Assembly: GCF_964355755.1 (NCBI RefSeq)
Contig: NC_092675.1
Span: 20,680,912 to 20,744,911, forward strand
Reading direction: 5' to 3'
Length of the DNA: 64,000 nucleotides
Source: Antedon mediterranea
Lineage: Eukaryota > Animalia > Echinodermata
Position numbers and translations under genes: made by a program. Shown here piece after piece: positions 1 to 13,190 of this stretch. The notes below the pieces were generated by a model. That model was not told the origin of the DNA and made no database searches. It was given only the letters and a program-made list of their open reading frames with translations. Position 1 is the stretch's first letter. Every line of letters begins with the position of its first letter.

Positions 1-429
1 ACTGTATTTCCCCTCGTTAGTTCCATGGTCCCTTTAATTGGTGTCCCAAAGGAGAGGTTCTACTCTATTTGGGAATTAAAAAACCTACCATATTTGTAGT
101 TTCTATTTGATACTATTCTCTAATCGTGAGCTTCATTGCCATATTAATTTGACAGCATTTATTAGGCCAAGTAGAATTAATTATTTGTTTCACGTCTTCA
201 ATTACAATTTAATATTCAGGTAAGGGGTTTAGATTAATTACTATTTCAATTTAATGAGGATGGAGGATATTAGAAAATAAATATTAATTCATTTGGCGGA
301 CATTCATAGTCAACTGTGAATAATGTTAAAGTTGATATTATTAAAGAATCATGGTCATTGTTGCAAATGAAACATTTTTTAATTGTGTATATATTCCACA
401 AATTTTCAATTCTTCATGTCCACATAATA

Positions 430-1126
430 CGTATGTCTTGCAATGGATGCGAATTACACGGTATAAAATTAAATAACTTTAGTTACGCGGATGATATGGT
501 ACTTATTGCACCATCTGCCTCCGCCTTACAACATCTAATTCATATGTGTGAAAAATTCTCACTAACGCATGATATATTGTATAACAAGAGCAAATCTGTA
601 TGTATGTTATTCTGTCCTACAGTCAGGAAATTGTCAAAGCTTCCCACTTTAAACTTATTTGAGTCGGAACTTGCCTTTGTTAGAGTTTTTAATTACTTGG
701 GTCACACTTTGACACCCGATTTGAAAGATTATCCGGATATCAAACGACAGTACAGGTCATTGTGTATTAGATACACTATGTAGAACTTTCTCAAAATGCT
801 CTAAAAACATAAAGTGTTTTTTGTTTAAAACATATTGTAATAACTTATACTGTGCTTCTCTGTGGGCAAATTTTAATGTAAAATCTATGGAAGCACTAAA
901 GGTGTGCTTCAACAATGCCTTACGCCTGCTCCTTAATAAACCTAGGTCATGCAGTGCCAGCACCATGTTAGTAGAAAACCACATCTGGATGAAGCTACTG
1001 TTGTGACTATGTGGCGTTTTTTTGTTTTGTTTGGTTTTTTAAAATATATTTATATATTTGTTTCCTTTGTTCTTGAGCTATGGAGAATTAATTTTTTTTT
1101 TCCGAAATAAAAGATGAATGAATGAA
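430..1126 (+). mobile_element. Degenerate 3' fragment of a non-LTR retrotransposon (RTE-X-like reverse transcriptase), ending in AATAAA + (GAAT)n tail
   Basis: ORF 316-783 has RT motif FSYADD..LQHLI..YNKSKS..FNYLG. It continues after a stop/frameshift near 781 as LFKTYCNNLYCASLW..FNNALRLL (ORF 821-1006). Tail TCCGAAATAAAAGATGAATGAATGAAT at ~1101-1126. The clade assignment is from memory of motifs. Confidence 0.8.
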
Positions 1127-3803
1127 TTATGTGGGCATGAAGAATTGAAAATATGAACAATGAATTGCAACATTTTTTACAAAAATAAAACAAAATGTTG
1201 GCACAGTAGCCAAAGGTGGATTTAGTTCATAACACCTGGACAGATCCACCATGCAGATTAAGCTGCATTACAAATTACAAGAGGTTTTGCATACAGTATT
1301 CTCCCACTCAAGTTACATAACTACAAAATAGTAAAAAACTAATTTTTTTTTTCTGTATTTAAATTTAAAACTATGAATAGAAGGTAATTAATTGAGAAAA
1401 TTTGGAAAATAAGTCTTTTGTTGAGGTTGTGGTACAATGTTTTTTCTTTACCTGGTGTGTTGAGTGTTTCTCATTGTCATAGCTTATTTAATGTCTCTTG
1501 CTAATCAATGGTCAATTGCTCCGATTAGTGTGAGATCAGGATTTGTAAAAGAAGCTAAGTTGTCAAAGAGACTCTCAATTTACATACGTCATTGACTGCT
1601 ATTTCTTTCTTTTCCTTAATACCAAGACTTTTCCAGCTTTCACTTCACAATCATACTGTACATGATATCTGATGATGTACTTCACTGAATAAATTAAATT
1701 TTTCGTTCAAGATAGGGCTAGATTTTATTGGAAATGCCACCCATGTTTTTAAAACTGAAAATGTTCCAATAGATTCAGACGTCAACTTTTCAATGTGTTC
1801 TTTATTCGGAGTTTCCCTATCTGGAATTTGTGTATCTTCTGGTTTATTAACTAATATGTGTCTTGATATGTGTTAAGCCACTATAGTATAAAATGTAAAT
1901 AACAAAAGGATGTTCCAAATACATGTTAGTATCTATCTACAAATGTATTCATTTTATTCTTCTAAAACAATATTTTCAAACAAATATATTACCAGATAAT
2001 ACAATCTGATCCTACAGACATAGAGCAGGAAAGATAAATGTAACATATTAATTATGATTACAATTGTAAAGGTTAAATTGCATGATAATGCAAATAACAA
2101 TTAAAAACAATTTGATATTGCGCTTAAATAATGGTATATACTACAAAAAAATGGCATACTAAAATTTTACAAAGATGTCAAACAGTGGTGGTTCTCAGAG
2201 GGGTGGGTTCAGTGGGAAACGGAATCAAAAATGCAAAAAAGTCTGGCTAGAATAGCTTCATAGACGAGTGTATAGTTTTCAACCAAAAAAGTTTTATGTA
2301 CTTTGATGTTATTTTCAAATTCTCAGCCAGTCTGATGACCGTGTCTTTATAAGCGTACAAAACATTTTAGTATGGGCACCATGTTGTACAGCTACGTTGA
2401 CACTGGGCCCAAATTTGGTAAGTTTACCGGAGAAAACCCTGGGCTATGTTATGCTTTTCAGGCTTTGCGGTTACACATGTACGTTTGTACACAATCCCAA
2501 ATGAGTTATTGAGAAAGGCTTTATACTTAAAAACTACAATACCATTTTTGATGGAGCCAATGGACCAGAATTTTGGCTTAGTGTGAATGTAGAAGCTGTA
2601 GTCTCTCTTCGAAATATCTCCACACCACCACTACTGTACATATAACTGATGGGGGGTGTTTTACAGTTTTGATCTTGAAAACTGAAAAGCCAATACCAGC
2701 AATGGATAGACAAAATGATATCCAACTACTGTGGTGTGAACGCCAACCCAACTGAATGGATATTTCACTGTTTAAATAACTGTTACATCATCTCACACCT
2801 TTTTTTAAATACATGTTTGCCTACATAATTTTACATATTGCATCTCAATAGTATAAAACATTTCTTAAATCTTTGAAATTAAATTATATATTTTAGTTAC
2901 CACATAATTAATGATGCACTGTATCTCCTTTCAAAAAGAAATAAATGTATGTATATATATATATGAATGATGTGAGGGATGGTTATTTAAGAATTTGGCC
3001 TTGTTTGTAAATCAACTTTTTTTTAATCTATGTTTTGTTGTACTTTGACAAATGTATTTTCTAATACAGTAAAATTCCTATTATGGATAGGTTTTCCCCT
3101 TCCCAAAAGAATGCTTATTTAATATTATTTTTTGTTAAATGCATTTATCAATATTTGTCTTACATTTATGGAGTAACAGTGCATCTTTAATACAAATAAA
3201 GGTAACAAATTCTCAAACCTTATTTAACGTGATACCTGATTTCTTGAAATTGATTTTATAACTTTTAAAAAGATTAAATTATTTTAAAAATTACATGCTG
3301 CTTCATAAAAAAAAAATAATTTGCTTATAAATGCTTAAAAATTAAGTATATACTGAGTTAATTTAAAAAATAAACAAATAGTTTTGTTTAATATAGATGT
3401 CTTTATGCATTTGAAATATACTGCTTAAAATTAATAGAAGTTACCCTCATAATTCTATTAAAATACTGTGATGGTTGTTATATAAAAATGACTATTAAAC
3501 TATAATGCAGTGGTAATTTTAAATATTAGAAAATCTGAATTAAAAAAATGTCGAACATGAGTGTCCTGTTTTATATGCAGGTACTCGGCTATTAAACCAT
3601 GGGCTTTCATGGTATGATCAATTATATAGAGACTCAACAGTTAAGCAATGAAAAATTGATAAAATATTTTTAACATATTTGAAATTATAATCTTGGGTTA
3701 GATTATAGAGGTTTAAGACCTTTTGTCAAATGACTATGTTTTTACGGAGATAATGTGTCATTAGTAGGCCAATTAAAATATTTAATTGCTGGTGTTTTTG
3801 TAG

Positions 3804-3855
3804 CTTATAACAGAGATATTATAGTGAACCACTATAATATCTTCTATGCTTATAA
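3804..3855. mobile_element. Mini-palindrome (3811-3848) flanked by 7-bp TSD CTTATAA; candidate P-superfamily excision footprint
   Basis: CTTATAA|CAGAGATATTATAGTG-AAC-CACTATAATATCTTCTATG|CTTATAA. Confidence 0.6.
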
Positions 3856-4991
3856 TAATACCTGCCTACTTAAAGTAGCATTTTTTATTTGAATGTAATC
3901 CTTAATCCAAATTGACACTAAAAATGTATGACCTATTAGAAGTAGCAAATGATCAGCACAACAACTTGTCATTTTTATAAATAAAGATGAGTCTAATTAA
4001 TTTGAACTGGAAAAAATGCTATTTATGTTACAGTATTTTGAAATCTTGTAAGCTTAACGATGTTTATAAAACCTGTTAATACATAAATATTTAAACATAT
4101 ATAAATAATTGTAAACCCTGACTTACACATGTAGATCTTTTAAGTCATGATCTAGTAATAACAAATCTAGATGTTCTGTTGTGAATGAAGGTATTACGAA
4201 CTAGACCAAAACTATAACTGCTTACATAATATTTGATTTGTTTACGTCTACATCTGCTTCAATGTTTATAATATTTATTCATCTTTATAAATTTTGTTTA
4301 TGTAACAAACACCTGATGTTAAAATAAATGTATGCTAATAACATACCATATTATGGTATTTTGATTCTTATTCGGCTAATTTGCATATCATATCATATAT
4401 ATAAATGAGGAATTTAAAATACAGTTGTAATACAATGTTATGTAACAAATAAATCGGTAAACACATACAGTACGCCACAGAAATCAGAATATTTATGAGC
4501 TGCTTTATTCACAAAAATTAAAATAATTTAGGAACAGTATCCTAGAAGGGCAGTTAACCAATAAATTGAGTATCAGCTGGGGCAGATAGAGACCATTTTG
4601 TGGGGGCGGCAGAGAAAACAAAACAAGAATGAAATTGTTGTCATATAATTACATGGTACGCTTCACATTAACATAATTTATACATTTATTATTTATGTAA
4701 TTAATCCACTACTGGATTTATCTTCAGACCTTTTTGTAGTAAGTCACACACTGACTAATATATCTTGTCTATTTATGATACATATATCATTTTTTAGAAA
4801 TGTATTTTCTACAACAAAACAACATTTCTAAATGTTATCTCTGTCGTATATCAGAAGCAGCTGTTCACATGGCCAAACTCAAGAGTTTTGTAAAAATAAT
4901 GTGGGCGTTAGATTTGTTGACTTAGATAAAATGAGAACAATTGATTAATATTTGCTGTTCATGTGATACTGTATATTACTTAGTACTGTAT

Positions 4992-5124
4992 TCTTTTTGG
5001 TGGGTGGGTGGTGAATGGGGTACAGTGGAAGGAATGGTAATGTGTCCTTCCTCTCCTCTTTTTGGTGGGTGGGTGGTGAATGGGGTACAGTGGAAGGAAT
5101 GGTAATGTGTCCTTCCTCTCCTCT
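4992..5124. repeat. Perfect 65-bp tandem duplication
   Basis: GGTGGGTGGGTGGTGAATGGGGTACAGTGGAAGGAATGGTAATGTGTCCTTCCTCTCCTCT starts at both 4999 and 5064. Confidence 0.95.
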
Positions 5125-7035
5125 CAATGTTCAGGTACTTTATGGTCAAAGATGATAAAATGGTATGGTTTTTTATGAGTTATGTTAAAAAATTCTAAAT
5201 TTTCAACATAATCAACAAAATATTTGTTTGTATGAGATTTAGGCAAAATGATTCAATTGAAATGTGATATGAAACATTAAATGTAATTTTATAGTTCATC
5301 ACGCTGTTTACATTAAAAAAAACTTATCAGTGCCTTAAATTTTCTACTGACTCCCAAGATAAAACCCATACCATTGAAATTTTAGCCCAATTTAAGTGTT
5401 ACTTATGCCAAAGAGAACTAAAATACGGTATATTTTAAGAATTCTGAATTTAAAGCATTTTTGACAATTTTTGAGAGAGCTTAGTTAGCCAATTCAGGTT
5501 TGCATAAGCTTACACTCTGGTTTATTAAAATATTACAAATATATGGAAACAAATTTTTATATAAAAAATGATAATAATAGAGGATTTTAAAATGCAATTT
5601 TATTTGTTTCTTTGTGGATTTATGAATGTTTTTTGGTTTATAAAATCAATTATTCCACTTTTTGAGAACATTCATTGAATTGAATTTAACGCCCGTCATG
5701 ACATTTGTGTATAGAAATGTACAACAGTTGTATTAAATTGTAATTTATATGTCCAATATCGGCGTAACGATGATAATAATCGTGGTGTAGGCTGTATGTT
5801 GTGAGCCGGTAACTTTGAATGAGAATCATGTAAACAGTTATTGCTAATGATATAATTAAAGGTCATGCTATAGAGCATTACATATGACATATGTGTTGGA
5901 TAAGTTTATTCAAAAATAAATAAATAAATATTTAAAAATGATTCAAAATATTTACATTAAAATTAATTTAGGGTACCGTAAAATGTAAATACATTAAAAA
6001 AAAGTAAACATAATTTATGTCAAACATATATTTTACACAATTTATAAGATTAATAATTAATAATAGTGTTTGATTATTATTATTAATTAGTAATATTAAT
6101 AACCTATTAAAGAATTAGTGAACAGTTTTTACAAAATGTAATTATTAATGTCACTATTCATATATAAATACAAAATTCATAGCATCAATAATTAATGATC
6201 ATATTTATAATTAATAATTAAATGCGTGAAAACAAATGCATAATTCATAACAGAAACAAGCCTACAGTATGCTGGCTTCAATCTTTAAATTCATTATATA
6301 TTAATTAGAAATACTTTCAAATAAATGAATTTATCAAGGCAAATAACAAGCAAAATACTAAACATTGTTATGACTTTTAAAGATGAATCTAAGTTAATAG
6401 TTTTTTGTTGCAGAATATGTTTTATAGTGTAATCCATATCTTGCATATTGCACAATTGTTATAAATGAACATTTATAAGTTCTAAATAAACAAAACATTA
6501 AGTACAAAAAGTATTTAATGTTTGAATTAAAATTGCTTTATAAATATGGCTAGTGGTGCAAACTGTAGTGTGTGGAATTCTAACAAAAAATAACTACTGT
6601 AAAACCATTTTTCACAAATTAAAATACAATTTTATATATGTTTTTTATAGTATCTATTATAAATGCAATAAACCTGGAATTGTGTCACAATTATAATGCA
6701 AAAAAACCCTATTTTTTTTAAAGATTTACCCCAATTTATCTTTCCACTTGTTAGTGATTGTTTTTGGTATCATTCACTCTCCTAAAGTGAAAGTCAACTC
6801 TCTCAATACCATACACTGCTGGGGCTGGTTTTATGCAAAATCTTTTAGAATGTACTATGGTAGTAAAAACGGACCAAAAGCACTGGACTTTTTTAGACTT
6901 ACCAACTGAACAAATAGTAAGTTTTACCATAACAATGCCTGTTAACAGCCTAAGACTGGAAGACTTTACCAAGCCAAATGTTAAGATTCACCTGTTGGCC
7001 CAGTAAAACTTTACCATTGAGACAGTTTCATTTAT

Positions 7036-7195
7036 CACTCTAAACCACAATCAAACTGTGTTTGTGTGACAAAAAAATGTGAAGTGCCCATATATGAACA
7101 TCATGATGTCATATCACTACCATATTTAAGCATATCACTACCATATTTGGGCACAACATTTTTTGTCAAACTAGTTTGATTGTGTAGGCGGAGCT
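7036..7195. mobile_element. PIF/Harbinger-like MITE family A copy (degenerate left end), ~275 bp downstream of the Di-Ras stop
   Basis: Internal CATATCACTACCATATTTGGG subrepeats; right end GTGTAGGCGGAGCT|TAA. Confidence 0.8.
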
Positions 7196-7470
7196 TAAGT
7201 CACCTCGTACAGAGACTATAATATGGTCACAAACACATGGGTCGTATGTTTTACTTTGCGCTTGGTAAAACTCAGCCAAAAAAGCCCACATTCTAAAAAT
7301 GATCAGATTTCACTTCCTGAGGTCTAAAATAAGTGTGTTTGCAGCTTAAACAAATTCAGGATTATTTTCAGAGAGTTTAGATTTGGGAGAGTTGACTGTT
7401 ATAGGCATAAACCAGTATAGATCTACAGTATATGTGCTTGTATACGCATTTTAAGGGGTATTTGTGTATA

Positions 7471-8070
7471 TTACATGACACTACAATTTCCTTTCAACTT
7501 TTCCCGTCTTTTCTGTGACTTGGTTTTTTTGGTTTCTAAGTGAAGGCTCATAGTTCGTTTCTTTTCCAACTGGAGCAAATTCTGGAAGAGTTCCTTAACA
7601 TTGTAATTTGTCTTAGCTGAAGTCTCTAAAAACGAGCAATTCCAAGATCGAGCTAGCATCGAGCCCTCGTTAACCGTAACCATTCTCTTTGGGTCGTCAC
7701 ATTTATTGCCCACGAGCATTATGGGAATACCGTCAAGATCGTTTCCTTTGATTTCAGTAATTGTGCTATATATTGGTTTTAGCTCTTCTAGCGATTGCCT
7801 ATTTGTGATAGAGTAAACAAGAATAAAAGCATGTCCTTTAGAAATCGATAATCTTTGCATGGCAGGGAACTGATGCGACCCGGTTGTGTCGGTTATTTGT
7901 AACGTGCACACATTCTTATTACAACTGATAACTTGACGATAAGTATCTTCAATCGTTGGAATGTAACTTTCTCGGAATGTACCTTTGACAAACCTCAGGA
8001 CAAGAGAACTCTTGCCAACACCTCCTGCTCCAAACACTGCCACTCGATAATCATTACTTTGTTCGGGCAT
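7471..8070 (-). CDS. DIRAS: GTP-binding protein Di-Ras (DIRAS1/2-like), 199 aa, intronless CDS
   Basis: [22 protein letters not shown] (G1), YIPTIEDTY effector loop, Di-Ras-specific DTTGSHQF instead of DTAGQ, NKCD (G4), ETSAK (G5), polybasic tail and CAAX CSVM. A splice acceptor (T)nCAG at 8104-8105 shows the ATG exon starts at 8103 after a 5'-UTR intron, so the real start is ATG at 8070. Confidence 0.96.
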   Translation of the reverse strand: MPEQSNDYRVAVFGAGGVGKSSLVLRFVKGTFRESYIPTIEDTYRQVISCNKNVCTLQITDTTGSHQFPAMQRLSISKGHAFILVYSITNRQSLEELKPIYSTITEIKGNDLDGIPIMLVGNKCDDPKRMVTVNEGSMLARSWNCSFLETSAKTNYNVKELFQNLLQLEKKRTMSLHLETKKTKSQKRREKLKGNCSVM

Positions 8071-11000
8071 TATCCTAAGACGTATACTTCGATCACGAAC
8101 CAACTGAAAAAAAAATGATAATTATGTTAAAAAAAGGTTTGAGCTTTAAATAGAACGTACATATGTTAAGTGTTTTTCAACTTTTTAAGTAAACTATTGA
8201 AAATCAGCAACAAATTTTCAAAGAAAAAACAATACATTGAAAAGTAAATTTTCTTCTTCTGTACATTTTATTTCATAAACTAATATAGATAAAAATGATT
8301 TGCATATGCTAATTATTATTAATGCTTCAACCTAATTATTCTTTCTAGTTCTTTCCAGTTTATACATTTGTATACATGTATACAACAGCTTAATATCCCA
8401 TCAGAAGGGTGCAATAACGAAACATTGTACATGAGATAAAGACAACTGACAGGTTTCATACAGTACTTAAATTTCAAGTCTGTCTCATTTCGTCACTGAC
8501 TCACTGATTTATTATTATGATACGCTTTATTTATCAATTGGAATTGATACTCGCTGTTTTCTGTTCTTGCTTTGTATTTCATGCATATAATTGAACAACA
8601 GCAAACCGGTATATACCTAAAGATCAGAAATTCTCCAAACACCGTTTTAGTATACAATACTACTGTATTGTGTGAGGTTTATTAACTGTGACAAAAATCA
8701 AGAGTTTTGAATAGGAAAGATAATCTACTGATATGTGTTAGCGAAATCAGCGGTTTTGCAATTTGTACTTCCCCAGGTACAGATGTATATAATTGTTGTA
8801 TACAATGAGCCCACACATTGTTATCTGTTTCACACTTAAAGATAGTACAAGTAATTTGTTACATATGAGATTACAAATATGAAGTGATACTGTAATTTAG
8901 AATGTGATGTTGTTAATGTACAGTAAATAGGGACTTTTAGATTTTTATGTTTACTGTTACCCTTTTACGTCGTTTTTATAATATGCGCATGCTAAGTGAC
9001 TGGCACGTCGACCGGCAAATTTGAGGCACTTGTTCAGTAGCATTTTGCCATTTTCTCTCGTAACATGAGTACCGGTGGACATATGACATCATAACACTGC
9101 AAAAGTTTATCAAAATCATGGCCGAGAATGATCTTGCGATGATTTTTTGAGAATGTATTAAAGTGACTTCCAGTCAAATTATATTTTAAAAAACTACTGT
9201 AGTTGTATTTGCCTAAAAGTAGAATTTATTAATCATATGTTGTTGTTGTTGTGGGGTTGTATGACATTTTGGAAACCCACTGAAAAACATAATGTAACTT
9301 TACTACTATAGGACTAAAATGAAAAGAATTGTTATAGCTTTCATTTATAGGTGGAAAGTGGGAAGGAGGTGTACTTCAGAATTACCTTAGCTTGTGCTAT
9401 TCTGACATTATTGGAAGTGTCCTCACCTGAATTTGAACATGACATCAATGATAGGAGATGGCTATCAGTTTAGTAAAAGATTTTTGCGATTTAGAAAAAA
9501 CCTGTTTGTTGAAATACTCTTCTTCTGTTTGCACACTTCGGATCTTTAAGTGATGTTGAATGTTGTATCGTAAATCATAAATTTATTTTAGTACTGTTTG
9601 TGAAGACACTTTAAACGAGCTACCGTATACAACTTTATAGTAAACAACTATAGTGCCGCTATTTCTGGGCAGTTATTTTTACGAGAAACATAGGGTGAAA
9701 TCAAATGGTGACACCTTGTGTGAAAGATTTAATATCACATGCAATAGGCAGTGGTACAACACAATGGACAAAGGCCCCTGGTTTAGTAATCCTAAGGGTC
9801 CATCCAATGATGATGATGATCCACAGGTACACTGTAGGTTTACATTCACCATTGAAAAATATCTAAATGCAGTGTATGTTTTACCTACCTTGATTTACAT
9901 TTGAACTTATTTATGTGGATAACTCTCTTAAAGCGAACAGTATCTCAACGAGCACTCAAATCAAAAATCTATTTTGTTCCTATCTGATCAGTGAATTTGA
10001 CCTCACAAGCAAATGCCTCCATAGTTCTCCACATAAATGAACACCAAAAAAAGGGAGACTAATTCTAAATTACAGTGACTGGAAAATTGATAAGACCACC
10101 ATTGGGGACGATTTGAAAAAAGAGTATTGTTGAACCAAGCATAATGCCCTACACTTTTCCGCTATATAATGTTGAATTAGAGGGTGTAAATTAGATGTTG
10201 TGATGTACAAATTTGATTAAATAATCTTTAGGGATGTTTTTGGAAAGGAATATAGTTAAAGAAAAATAAAGTTTGGGAAAATCAAACTGCACATTCTGCT
10301 TTATGCTTTACCCAATGTTTCACATTCTGTAGTCTCTGTACTATTCTACTTAGTGTCAAATGATATTTCCCCAGGTAGAGATGTATATAATTGTTGTATA
10401 TAAATAGTCCACACATTATTAGTGTTAATCGGAAAGATGATAATGTAATTTGTCACATAGGGAATTAAAGTCATACTTATAAAGTGATAAATATGATGTT
10501 GCCAATATACCAATATAATGAAGAGTAGTACAGGACATACGGCATCTGATATGTATTACTGATAATGTTTGTTATGGTAAAAATGTTATGGAACAAAATC
10601 TGTACTTTCTTTTGCATGTTTTAATGATTACCAGAGGTTCATCGTGCAACTAGCAACTATCGGATGCGTTTATGTATTAAATACAAAAATAACCTTCTGA
10701 AAACCAGAATTCAAACAATAAATGTGGATTTGAAAAATGTTTTTATTTAAGTAAAACCAGAATTTCGAGAGAAACATTCAGGAGATTGAATGAAAATTCG
10801 GGAGGCTCTCATAGAACTCAAGAACATTTATATCTGTTTTTAGCATGAACATAGTAATTTCTAAGTTCTGTACTGAACCTAAACATCCCCCTCACAGGGG
10901 GCACTGTATTTTTTGAGTGGAGTTGTGGCTTGGTGGTTATGATGCTTGGCTACCACTCCAAGGGTAAGACTTTGTTTATGTAGAGCATCTTATGTATATG

Positions 11001-11412
11001 TTTGTCTTGTGAACCTCTGAGGGTCCCTAATGATCAGCAATCGCTGGATGGATCACCCTCATTAAATATGGTTAAAAATAAAAAAAAAACATAACTTCTC
11101 TTTAACTGTGAAGACAAAACAAACTCAAATTTGTAGGTTTAAACCCTGTAAACAACATACAGGACACAAAGTACTGTATGTCATCCGGGTACACAGATGG
11201 CTTGAACTGTTTTCATTTCAATTGTACTGTAGTTAGGTCAATTCTTACATCACGTGTCATGCATATTCAATAACGCAGAGGAATATAAATAATGAATAAT
11301 TCATGCCTTTTGCATTCACCTACTGTATATACGAAAAGAATGTAGTTTTCCTTTAGCATAACATTTTTCAAACTGTATTTACAGTATTGTTATTAATATT
11401 TTGGGTTGTAAT

Positions 11413-12088
11413 TTACCTCCGCCAAGGAGGTATATGTAATCGATCGCGTGTGTTTGTTTGTCTGTTTGTCTGTTTGTTAGCAGGATTACTCAAAAAATAA
11501 TTACAAGATCTTTACCAAAATGAATATAGAGATAGATATGTGGTCAAGGACCATTCCATTAAATTTTGGGACCATTTGGGACCATGGTCCCAATTCTGAA
11601 CCACTTTTTAGTATACTTTTCAGACCTGCTAGTGTTAAAAGATAGGACAGAATTTTTCAAAAGCCGGCGAGCAGTCTTAAAGTATTAAGTAAACTGAAAT
11701 TGCATTTTCTCGAACTACTTGTCCAAAAAACTTCATTTTTGTACAAGAGGCAAGAGTTATAATTGGTGATTTGTAATTTTAAAACATAATTTGATTTAAG
11801 TGCACCTTTTTTGATGCGAGTAGTTTACAAAACCTATTTCTTTTCAAATTCACTCGTTTGATTTTCGCGTTGCTGTTCTATTGTTAGTCAACTGAAGCTA
11901 TTGTTAATTGAAAGGCTTGTTACATAACCATTACACCAAACTCGCATACACATGCTTGTAGTGAAATTTACCTAAATCACAAACAGCATTAAGACACACA
12001 CAAATATATATATTTTTTCCCGGAGAAATCTTATGTAGGAGAATTTTACAGTAGGCGGAGATATGCACTCTCGGAGTGGCTTTCTAAT
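11413..12088 (+). mobile_element. Helentron-associated non-autonomous element (HINE/DINE-1-like)
   Basis: 5' TTACCTCCGCC followed by short hairpin partner AAGGAGGT and a (GTTT/GTCT)n microsatellite; 3' subterminal IR GGCGGAGAT followed by stem-loop GCACTCTCGGAGTGGC and CTAATT end. Confidence 0.75.
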
Positions 12089-12539
12089 TGTTACTGTGCA
12101 AAAACCCACTTATTCTTGTTTCTTGATTTGAAAAACATTTGGCAAACATCATTCAGCCACTTTTTTAGGTCCTGTTCCATAATATGTTGAATTTTAATGA
12201 AAAGAAGCAGGCCTGTCCCATACTGTACAATATCAGTTCATTATTGATCGTTGGAAAACTAGATTATAGTGGGTCTGTTACCTGTGGGGCATTTAGAGGC
12301 AACCATTGCACCCTACAGCAACAAACTGCGTCACGTCTTCATTAATGGAGTTTAATTTACTGTAATGTTATGACGACATAGCATTTGCTTTCTGTAAATC
12401 CTAGTAATTTGAGTTGATTATAGAAACTAATTTAATTATGCATTGCAACTAAGCTATGCTGAGATTTTACTAAATTCATTTTAGCTTTTAATTAAATGAA
12501 TTAAATTATTGATATACTAAAATAACACAATAGTACATT

Positions 12540-13190
12540 ATAGGATGAAAAGAAATTCAGAAGAATAAAAGAGAAGGTATTTGTTGGTTAAAACGCTGTA
12601 ACAATTGATAGGAAGAGGAATCATAGAAATAGGAAAATCAGTAATAGGAAATTTGACATAGTAGGAGAAATAGAAATATTAAAATAGAATAGGAATGTAC
12701 CAGAAGATATAGAAATACAACTATAGTACGTGAAATAGGAAACTGAAAAAATAGGAATAAGAATAATAGAACAAATAGTAATATGAAAAATAGTAAGAAG
12801 TATGTGTGATATGAATAAGAATATAGTAGGAGAAATAAGAATAGGATTACGTACGTATTCTATAGGAATAGAAAAAATAGGAAAAAGGAGAATAAAATGG
12901 GAGAAATAGGTATAGGAATACTTACAGTAGTTGGAAGAATAGGAATAGAAAAATTAGGAAAAAGGAGAGAATATAGTAGGAGAAATAGGTATAGGAATAT
13001 ACTTACAGTAGTTGAAAGAATAGGAATAGAAAAATTAGGAAAAAGGAGAATAACGTGGGAGAAATAGGTATAGGAATACTTAATTGGAAGAATAAGAAAA
13101 GAAAAAATAGGAAAAAGGAGAATAAAGCGGGAGAAATTGGTATAGAAAAAATTGGAGGAAATTCCGTAGAAATTAAAGATGGAATGTCTC
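12540..13190 (+). repeat. Purine-rich degenerate minisatellite (AATAGGAATAGAAAAAATAGGAAAAAGGAG-like units)
   Basis: Recurrent GGAATAGAAAAA(T)TAGGAAAAAGGAGAATA..GGAGAAATAGGTATAGGAATA units at ~12860-13145. Confidence 0.85.

Noticed and set aside
8071-8103. N-terminal extension [11 protein letters not shown] on Di-Ras
   Set aside because: The ORF caller used a TTG directly after the splice acceptor; homologues start at MPEQSNDY.
9380-9904. Possible coding exon (ORF 9653-9904 and a minus-strand frame)
   Set aside because: No recognisable domain, an internal stop in the minus frame, and no linkable exons.
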